DNA from: Tubiluchus corallicola
Taxonomy: Eukaryota > Animalia > Priapulida
DNA length: 16,589 bases
Assembly (NCBI GenBank): GCA_030141605.1
Contig: JAQGDQ010002051.1
Coordinates: forward strand, 1 to 16,589
Direction: 5' to 3'
In this document: in pieces, positions 8,547-16,589 of the stretch
Layout: the number at the start of each line of letters is the position of its first letter
Position numbering within the stretch: the stretch's first letter is position 1
Notes under the pieces: generated by a model
What the model was told of the DNA's origin: nothing
Databases searched by the model: none
Seen by the model: the letters and a program-made list of their open reading frames with translations, nothing else
Translations under genes and position numbers: made by a program

Positions 8547-11500
8547 CTGAAACATAATACCAAAATAAAGGAAATTACCAATTATCATTTGAGGTTATGT
8601 GAAATATTTGGAAATATTACAAGTCTTATAACAGTTCCATGATAAAAAATAAATTTATAAAAACAATATTGGATCTTCACACCCAATCGCTTGTGATTAA
8701 TAATATTCGAAATGATAAAACCAAAAATTTCCCTTAATTCGTGTTCACATAAATTTAATAATACAGCAACAATGTAATGGACTTTTGCCCCCTAATTAAG
8801 GCTTTTTCATCACATACAAAACTTTAGCACATAACTTTATAAAAAACTTATAAAGGGTATATATATCAGGTATATATATCAGGGGTGTGCAAATTGTCTG
8901 ACTAGCCGGGCCACATTAAACTTTCCTGCAATTCCTGCGGGCCACAGGCAGTTTGATCAAGGAACCAAGTACAGAAAGGCCTAATAACGATTTTTTTGCA
9001 TCCGATCTGCGTACATCATTACTACTGCACTACTACACTCAAGAAACTATTTTAGAAGCTATTAAAATTTATATTACAAACCATATATTTCTACTTTCAG
9101 GACAGATAATGGTAATTTCATTACAATGCATATTAGTAATGTGTATCACACAGTCTGCGTAGTACAGTGACATTAAGCTACAACCGTCTTGTAAGGGTTA
9201 ATGGCTAAGCTACAACCATCTTGTAAGGGTTAATGGCATCCGATCTAGTAGAAAAAACTACCCGCACTATCTTTGGGATCGTGGCACGGACTTCAGCTGG
9301 GTACACTCAATTAATCTCTCGGGCTGCACTTTCATGAAGTTGACAAATCTCTTCGCGGGCCGCACAAATTCTCTCGGCGGGCCGCAAGTGGCCCGCGGGC
9401 CGCAATTTGCACACCCCTGTTATAAATCCTGCAAAAACCTATCTGCGATTACTGCAAATACTATGGTTATTTTGCAACAGATTACAAAATATTACTAATG
9501 AGGTTGCAAACTTACGTATAGGCAGTCTGTCTTTACTGCTGCACATCTCAGGATTCACACTGCTTGCATGCTTCATGAGGTCTGAGGGTGTGGTGGATGC
9601 TATCACATCTATCTCATCATCTAACAAGTCTGTTTGCAACTGTGCAAAGTTGACAAAAACCTGAATAAAGACATAAGTACATGTTAGCCTGGACTAAACC
9701 ATGTTACAGGAAAACCTGAAGGAGAAATCATTTTTATGCATTGAAGAGCTTGCATTAATCTTTAACTGCTGCCTCCTCTGCTTAGGAGATGTTGAAAATA
9801 TGAGATACATTGTAACTGATCAGAATGTCATTATGCAAAGGTTAGATTTTTCACTATGTTGTTAGATTAAGCCTCTTTTATTGGACTGATCTTGAGCTAT
9901 GTCTTGATACACTGTGGACCCCATGATTCCCCACTGACAGATCTTTAGCAGCTTCTAGCATAAATTTCTAACTCTGGAAAGAGAGCATGCCTCTGTGGTG
10001 AAGTGCTTAGTAAAGCAGAAGGCATGGGAGCAAGTCACAGTGGAGATGCAAAAATTGTTCAAACTTTCAAATTTAGTATAGTTATTGCACATTTATTATA
10101 TTGTCATACTGTGTACCAGTATTTGGAAAAAATGTGAGCATAAACAGTGCTGGCAAGGTACAATAAATTATAACACTATTTATGACTACAGCACCATTAA
10201 ATAGCACTAATGGATAGGCTAAAGCCAGGGCCTATTTCAGGGAGGGGGGAGTGGGGATACTTCCCCGGGGCCTCACCCTCTAGGGGGGCCTCGCACGAAG
10301 GTTACATTTTTTTGCTTTATGCGAACACACTGCCGCCTCTCTCTCTCTCTCTCTCTCTTCCCGCACGCGCGCTGTTCGCCAGTATTGACAAGTATTAAGG
10401 ACTGGTCTTGAGAATGACAAGTATTAAGGACTGGTCTTGAGAATAAAGCAGTTTTCTTTCAATTGTTCTTTCCTTTAACAACTGTATAACTCCATATTTC
10501 GGAAATGCTTCTGCAGCGTTCTAGCAGTTCAAAAATGTTCTGGGCGCCAACCCCCTTGCCCCGTGGGACCTCACACGCCCCACTTCCCCGGGCCTCGTTT
10601 AGGCTGAAATATGCCCTGACTAAAGCATAACACCATTTACAATAATAACTCATTTTATAATATGGATACTTATGCAAAATAGTACTGAGACTGAAAAATA
10701 CCTGATCTAAAGTTGTCTGACTAACAGAATAGTCTTCTATTGAATACTGTCTACGAGCAGACTCCATGGTACGGAATAATACAGACAAAGCCAGCTGTTG
10801 AGAAGGCAGTTGATATTGCAGCTGATTATGATGTTGTTCCTAAACCAAAAACAAGAAAATTAATAAAAATAAGTAAATAAGATTTGCCAATAATTGTCAC
10901 TTATCGATGAGTTTGACTGGTTTTCCTTTCCAATGTTGTAAAGATTTCCAATTATTTTAGATCTGTTAGTGTGATAAGCAATAACAATATGAAATTTTAC
11001 ATCAAAACAAACTGGAGAGACTTTTAAGGTTAACTTGTTTGTTCCAAACTAAAAAAATTTACATGATGAGCAAGTAATTATTTAGGGGTTTAGCAAGTTA
11101 CTAAAGTTACTTCACCTACATATAACATGTAACATCTTTGTTATAACATACACAAAATTCATACTGGGAGCAGTTTTTTACAAAACACCTTAAAACAAAA
11201 AATCACTATTTGAATTTTACTAGCAGTGAAGTAAAAATTAAGCAGTATTAAAGTAAGATGCAAGCAGCAGTCATTAACAAAGCAAAATTAAAGTAGTAGC
11301 AAAGTAAAATGACAAAAATAATCAATGCAGCAAATACATAAAAGTAACAAAACACATGCAGAATACAGTGAATAACGAAGTAAATATTAAGCAGTAATAT
11401 TTTAAGGAGACATTCTAATTTATAATTAGGGTTGGTGATTTACTCTTACTTTTAAAATTGCACCAGGAAAGTTTGTTACTACAAAACCCTTCACAGGTCC

Positions 11501-14500
11501 CAGATCAGGCCAGTCACCAGATACCCTTATGATCAACGTATATCCTTCACCAAACCTGAAATTAATAAAAAATATATAATGTAGGCGCAAAGTGCAACAA
11601 GGTTTGAAAATGCAAATTAATATGAAACTCTGTCAAATAGATTGCTTGAAAAACAACTGAAATGAATTATTTGAATAATTAAACTGTCCAATTTGAAAAG
11701 TAACTGAGCAGTACCTTCTACGTAACTTGCAAGAAGTCGTATAAAATATCTGCAAAATAACGATTTACAGAAAATACTTGCAAACTCAGGCACTTTGATC
11801 ACTTTTCAACATTTTTGTAAGAACTTATCATTACATGCTAACACTATTGATAATCTATGATTTTACTTCCCCTCACCAAAAATTTAATCAGTCAACTTGG
11901 CAAATGGAGTCTTATACCTTATAGGTACACTAACGTATTAGAAATTTAATTTTAAGCCAGCAATTGAGTCTTGACTTGTCGAATATTCTATCAATCCACT
12001 AGTCTACCAGGCTACTCGCATGTGGCTGATTAGGACTTGACCACGATATTTTCCGTAAATTGGTGGCTAGTGGTCAAGAAATTCAGTATTTTAAAAACCT
12101 AGTTTACTAGAATTGAAACTGTCAGGTGAGCTATTGCCTAAGATCCAGACAAGAAGTGTGAATATATGAAAACCTGATTCTTCAGAATGCAGATTATGGG
12201 AATTGTTTCATTGTCTGAAAACGTTGGTTAACTCAGAAAAACCTAATTAAGTGATAAAGTGCTAAACACATGACAAAAAACACAAAATATATTATTGTAA
12301 CATACAAAACTAAAAATAAGATTATGCACTCGAAAGCAGCATAACATTACATACGTGTACAAGTCACCCAAAAATTCAGGATGCGAAGAATGTTGCAGGT
12401 TCCCTTATTTTTACACTGTTTTAACATCTTGAGACCTTTGGAGAGTGATATCACATGAGGTAAAGAAGTTATTTACTACCCATCATACCTATTTTTAAGA
12501 TGTTGCGTGCTCCCCAGACATTTGAAAGTACCATTTACCATGATGGCTAATCTTGTACAAAGAGCTTCACACTCTTCCATACTGAAACAGAAAACTGATA
12601 TAAAAAACTGTTTACCAAACTTTGTTTATAGTAATAGTTTCCATGTGCAAAGGTGAATGCTAACTGAGATATTTATCTTATTAAGACAAAATTAGATGTA
12701 CAAAATTTGTAGCTATTATAAGGTTTATGTCAGGACTGTTGTATGGAATGACATTTCCGAAAACTATAAAAGTAGCAACAAGGTTCAGTAGCGTCTACAA
12801 AGTACTACATCAGTACTGAAAAGTCTTACCTGTGTGAAGTTAAGATAACAGATCTGCCATCTTTTACAATAGACAGGATACAATTCCACAAAAATCTTCT
12901 TGATTTTGGATCCATGCCTGTGGTCGGTTCATCCTATAAGCACAAGGGAAGTATATCTTTACATAAATGTTAAAGTTTTATGAAAATGAACAACAAATAT
13001 TAATAATTTAAAATTAGCTTCCTACCAACCGTAATATTAAGTATTATGGGAAAAATTAAAAATATCTAACCCAAGTAATACTGAATCTCTGATAGCAAAA
13101 ACACAGAATCAAAAGGTTTAAGTAGCTTTTAGTTATGAATTAGTTGTAATTACAGGTAATTAAGATTAAAAATGACATTTTTTGTAGTTATTCGCTTCAC
13201 AACTAAACCTATTACTCCAAGTATAGAGTTGTTTCTAAATTTTATGACAATGCTGAACTGAGCTAACAGAAGTATTTTAAATCTCTTATGCAGCAGATTC
13301 TGACAAAGAAAGTAAAGCAAGTATCTTTCAAGAGTTGTACACTAAATGTCAATAAACATAATTGCAGAAAAAGTAACTACATCAACAAATTGAGTCGATA
13401 AACAGGAACACTGAACTTTTGACTTCTGAGTTTGTCAAATCAGTAAAGTAAACCAAAACTGACCAACAAAAGTTAGTAATTTGAGTTCCTTATGTTAAAC
13501 TGATTACATTCAGGAAAGCGTAAGGTTTATAATAAGTGCATTAGTACCAGGAAAATAACTGGTGGATTTCCAATTAGAGCAATGGCCGTTGACAACTTTC
13601 TTTTATTTCCTCCAGAATAAGTTCCAGCGGGTTTAGATTCATACTCTTTTAATCCCAAGCGCCGTATGCCCCAATCAGCTACCTATAATATCAGAAAAAT
13701 TTCAGAGAAAATTTAATGAACTGAAAATATGTGCAATCTGAAATAAAGCTGAGCAAATTGCACTATAAGCCATTGTCTATGGAAAGTTAAAAAGATCTCA
13801 AAGTAACCATTATTACCTGCATACGCAAAATGCCTTGAATGCAGACACATGCAGGGCCTATTTCAGGGGGGGGGAGTGGGGATACTTCCCCGGGGCCTCA
13901 CCTTTCATGGGGGCCTCGCGCCGAGGTAACATTTTTTGTTGTTTTTGATTTGACTATTTGACAAGTATCAAGGACTGGTACTTGAGAATAAAGCAGTTTT
14001 TCTTTCAATTGTTCTTTCCTTTAACAACTGTGTAACTCCATATTTTCTCTTCGAAAATGCTTCTCCGGCGTTCTAGCAGTTCAAAAATTTTCACACGCAC
14101 CACAACCTCGGGCCTCGCTTAGGCTGAAATACACCCTGGACACATGTAATATAAAAATTAATCAGAGTATTAATAATGATAAGATCACGTCTGCTTTGCT
14201 GTGGGATTTTATGTTAACTGATCAGTGATCAGGTAAGACAGTCACTATTCCTATGTGCTAAAAAGGTTCGTTCCATACGTTTATCATTGCTTAAAAGTAG
14301 CAGTACCTCTTTGACTTGTGCTTCAGGAATTCCACGAAGACGAGCATAGAATTGCAAGTGTTCAGCTCCAGTCAACAAAGGACATAATGCATCAAACTGC
14401 GGGCAGTAACCAAGATCTTGATGTACTTTTTCCAAGTCTGATAGAATGCTAAAAACAAGAAGCATATAACAGTTTTTGAAAAAACTGCTAAAAAATCCTA

Positions 14501-15851
14501 GAAAATCCCTTTTCTTTTTTAAAGAAAAACTTATAACTACAGTAACTACTTACACTATCAATATAGAAATTACTGCACACATCAGCACATTTTGCAAGCT
14601 AAGTACAAGTTTTTTCATAAAACATTTGTGCTTTCTTTCATAAAACATGTGTGCTTTCTCTATACACAATTACACTTTCCATGCACAAGATAAGTTTTTA
14701 CCTAAAATCATTCAGGAAGGCATTTCCAGCATCAACAGCAATATCTCCAGTCAGCATTTTAAATGTAGTTGTTTTACCAGCTCCATTTACACCAAGAAGA
14801 CCAAAGCACTCGCCTTTGGGCACACCCAGACATAATCTATCCACTGCTGTTAGTTTTCCTTTCTTAATCTTGAAAACCTGTTAGACGCAATTAATCCTTA
14901 ATTAAAAAACATAATAGTTGCTCAGAATTAAGGTGAGATGCCTAAACATTGCTTGATTAATTGTTACCATTACACAATATTGCTGAAAAGAATGCACTAT
15001 TATAAACTATCATAAGTTATTGTATGCCTTGTGTTATTTTCTAAATTCTAAGATAATTCTAGCACTTCATCCATTTAGCATATAACTTTATAACAAACTA
15101 AATAACACATTTTATATGTTATTTTAGTACAAGAGTTCAAGAGTTTACACATAGGTTATAGCAAATAAACTAACTATAAACTTTATATAGCATACTAATT
15201 TAGTGTCTCCAAAAAAGCTAGAAGTCAAAAATAAAATAAAAAAGCAATTAAGTGAGGAGTATCCTATAAAATTCACAAAAACCCTCTGTATACCATACCT
15301 TGGTTAGTTCTTTTAGTAAAAGCATGGAATCTCCAGCTTGTCCACTCATAACTCTTTCTCTTTCTCGCATCACATCTTCATCCTCCGGTTCAAATGTAAT
15401 TGCTTCCCGTGGAGCAACTGCCCTGAAATTAGTGTAATCAGATGAATGTTATTTGCTAAGCAAACCTGCAAATGATAACAACATCTTGAAAGAAGTACTT
15501 AGTACGGCAATTGGTTCACTTTTCCACACAGTTAGCATTTGTAATACCAAAATGTATGAGTTTGTGCTACAAAACTAGTAAAATTTTCAGTACGTACTTT
15601 GGTCTCCAAAAAAATCTGTACTGACATAACAGATTAAATGCAAAAAATCCAAATCCTTCTACAATCATTGCCACTATATTCCGTCCAAGGAACTCCCACT
15701 CAAAAGGATTTTTCCACACATACTCTCCATACTGGGCAAACGTGTCAAGAAGAATTTGATTTATGGCCATGTCCAAGAGGCCTCGCCCCAAACAGTAATG
15801 TGGAAAAATAAGGAATATTCGCATTAAGTAGTAGTTGATCTGGTCCAAACT
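8500..15851 (-). CDS. ABCA1: ABCA-subfamily ABC transporter (ABCA1/4/7-like), 3' portion; join of 15598-15851, 15299-15422, 14702-14877, 14307-14448, 13548-13682, 12830-12933, 12489-12581, 11450-11555, 10702-10839, 9516-9660, 8500-8546; 5' part outside window
   Basis: Manual splicing gives one open frame with GT-AG introns and matching phases. Motifs: [13 protein letters not shown] (ABCA1/4/7 type), Walker [11 protein letters not shown]-loop GYCPQFD, signature [10 protein letters not shown], Walker [13 protein letters not shown]-loop [27 protein letters not shown]. The symbol means 'ABCA1-like'; exact orthology needs a phylogeny. Confidence 0.93.
8880..9419. mobile_element. hAT-type (Charlie-like) MITE, 540 bp, in the proposed last ABCA intron
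   Basis: Perfect 17-bp TIR CAGGGGTGTGCAAATTG (8880-8896) / CAATTTGCACACCCCTG (9403-9419). Repeated subterminal GCGGGCC motifs. Flanks ATATATAT / TTATAAAT match 6/8. Internal 32-bp tandem duplication at 9174-9237. Confidence 0.9.
9516..9660 (-). CDS. ABCA1: ABCA exon (145 bp if spliced): [48 protein letters not shown]; unspliced read-through would stop at 9439-9441
   Basis: Acceptor TTATTCAG followed by the VFVNFA motif. The 3' boundary is inferred from a consensus donor C|GTAAGT (ACTTAC at 9510-9515 on +). Confidence 0.82.
10226..10618. mobile_element. hAT-type MITE, copy 1 (393 bp), intronic
   Basis: TIR CAGGGCCTATTTCAG / CTGAAATATGCCCTG (14/15). 8-bp TSD GCTAAAGC / ACTAAAGC (7/8). Homologous to 13852-14138. 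Internal 29-bp duplication at 10386-10443 and a short CT run. Confidence 0.92.
10702..10839 (-). CDS. ABCA1: ABCA exon (138 bp): [46 protein letters not shown]
   Basis: Acceptor GTTTAG, donor CAG|GTATTT. Contains [13 protein letters not shown]. Confidence 0.93.
11450..11555 (-). CDS. ABCA1: ABCA exon (106 bp), regulatory domain: [35 protein letters not shown]
   Basis: Acceptor TTTCAG, donor AAA|GTAAGA. FGxGY...FPG pattern. Confidence 0.92.
12489..12581 (-). CDS. ABCA1: ABCA exon (93 bp): [30 protein letters not shown](R)
   Basis: Acceptor TTTCAG, donor AG|GTATGA. Contains the ABCA hallmark [18 protein letters not shown]. Confidence 0.95.
12830..12933 (-). CDS. ABCA1: ABCA exon (104 bp), Walker B/D-loop/H-loop: [34 protein letters not shown](S)
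   Basis: Acceptor TATAG, donor AG|GTAAGA. Contains DEPTTGMDP. Confidence 0.95.
13548..13682 (-). CDS. ABCA1: ABCA exon (135 bp), ABC signature: [45 protein letters not shown]
   Basis: Acceptor TATAG, donor CTG|GTACTA. Contains [15 protein letters not shown]. Confidence 0.95.
13852..14138. mobile_element. hAT-type MITE, copy 2 (287 bp), intronic
   Basis: TIR CAGGGCCTATTTCAG / CTGAAATACACCCTG (13/15). Perfect 8-bp TSD GACACATG (13844-13851 and 14139-14146). Shares long blocks with copy 1. Confidence 0.94.
14307..14448 (-). CDS. ABCA1: ABCA exon (142 bp), Q-loop: [47 protein letters not shown]
   Basis: Acceptor TTTTTAG, donor GAG|GTACTG. Contains GYCPQFDA. Lies inside ORF 14229..14465. Confidence 0.95.
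14702..14877 (-). CDS. ABCA1: ABCA exon (176 bp), NBD2 Walker A: [58 protein letters not shown](S)
   Basis: Acceptor AACAG, donor AG|GTAAAA. Contains [24 protein letters not shown]. Confidence 0.95.
15299..15422 (-). CDS. ABCA1: ABCA exon (124 bp): [41 protein letters not shown]
   Basis: Acceptor TTTCAG, donor AAG|GTATGG. Carries the EDEDVxxERxR linker typical of ABCA proteins. Not in the ORF track. Confidence 0.92.
15598..15851 (-). CDS. ABCA1: ABCA exon (254 bp), end of TMD2: [32 protein letters not shown]...QYRFFWRP(K)
   Basis: Acceptor TTTTCAG (CT at 15852-15853 on +). Donor AA|GTACGT, phase 2. Lies inside ORF 15567..15866. Confidence 0.92.
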
Positions 15852-16450
15852 CTGAAAAATACTCATTTATTTTACTATCTAAACTTCTTCCAGGCTATTA
15901 AATGTTAGGAGTATTTTGACTTGTTAGCAGTATTTCTGCAAGGACCAGTTCTGGCACACCAAGTGTGACTAAGTGCAATTGTTACTAAACAGACTTGGAG
16001 TGCTACATAACCAGGTACATGTAGCCAACGCCCATCTGTTCATTTTGCTCTTGGTTACAATTTAATTAATTCAACATTTTTCAAGTTATTAATAATTATG
16101 ATAGTAATTAATTTAACAATAACAATAACATTGGTTTTCTGGGCATTAAGATTATTTGCAGCCCAATGGCACCACTAATGTCTGAAACGAAACTGAGGGT
16201 GTTAATGATGCGATGATGATCATTTGATCACTTGTCTAGCAGTTTCCTCTTAAAGCTCTTGTTGCAAATCAAGCTTTCTCGCTTAATCAGTTAGCAGCCA
16301 AAGATGCAGGCACAGTAATCAGCCAGTATTCCTGGTGACATAGGGTTCGAGCATAGAGTTAAGACGTCAAAATGGTCTAAATGTTTTAGGAGAATACATG
16401 CATCACACAGCAACAGATTTTCAACTTTTCATAATTATGAGAACTAAATT

Positions 16451-16589
16451 ATATTATATTATATTATATGATATGATATGATATGATACGATACGATACG
16501 ATACGATACGATACGATACGATACGATACGATACGATACGATACGATACGATACGATACGATACGATACGATACGATACTATACTATAC
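16451..16589. repeat. Compound pentanucleotide microsatellite (ATATT)3(ATATG)4(ATACG)18(ATACT)2+
   Basis: Read directly from the sequence; runs off the window end. Confidence 0.97.

Noticed and set aside
10459-10701. Continuation of ORF 10459..10788 past QTTLDQ
   Set aside because: ABCA similarity stops at the donor at 10702; the rest is intron and MITE sequence. VFVNFA resumes at 9660.
11228-11396. 20-bp direct repeat GAAGTAAAWATTAAGCAGTA at 11228 and 11377
   Set aside because: It is embedded in A-rich low-complexity intron sequence and is probably a decayed simple repeat.
11598-12100. Possible old MITE bounded by AGGTTTGAAAA / TTTTAAAAACCT
   Set aside because: The inverted match is short and AT-rich and there is no TSD, so it cannot be supported without a repeat library.
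14647-14884. Two + strand ORFs (likewise 9407..9664)
   Set aside because: They are antisense shadows of minus-strand ABCA exons.
15852-16450. Next upstream ABCA exon, or a SINE suggested by GGTTCGAGC near 16343
   Set aside because: I saw no ABCA-like reading frame here and no convincing A box. Treated as intron.

Overview
AT-rich, intron-containing eukaryotic (metazoan-like) genomic DNA, with no sign of a prokaryotic operon, CRISPR array or defence system. The right half carries the 3' part of a minus-strand ABCA-subfamily lipid transporter gene, closest to ABCA1/4/7. Ten exons splice in frame with canonical GT-AG sites and cover the end of TMD2, all of NBD2 and the VFVNFA motif. A probable short eleventh exon ends in a PDZ-binding-like motif (ITHL*). 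The gene's 5' part lies beyond the right edge. Introns and the downstream region hold two copies of one hAT-type MITE, a Charlie-like hAT MITE, a long-TIR MITE, a decayed non-LTR RT fragment, a probable tRNA-derived SINE, two minisatellites (120 and 103 bp units) and several microsatellites. The most unusual item is a 351-bp TG...CA element with a 4-bp TSD, built as one LTR, a tRNA-Leu primer-binding site and a second copy of the LTR terminus. Most ORFs in the supplied track are artefacts of repeats or of antisense/intronic read-through.
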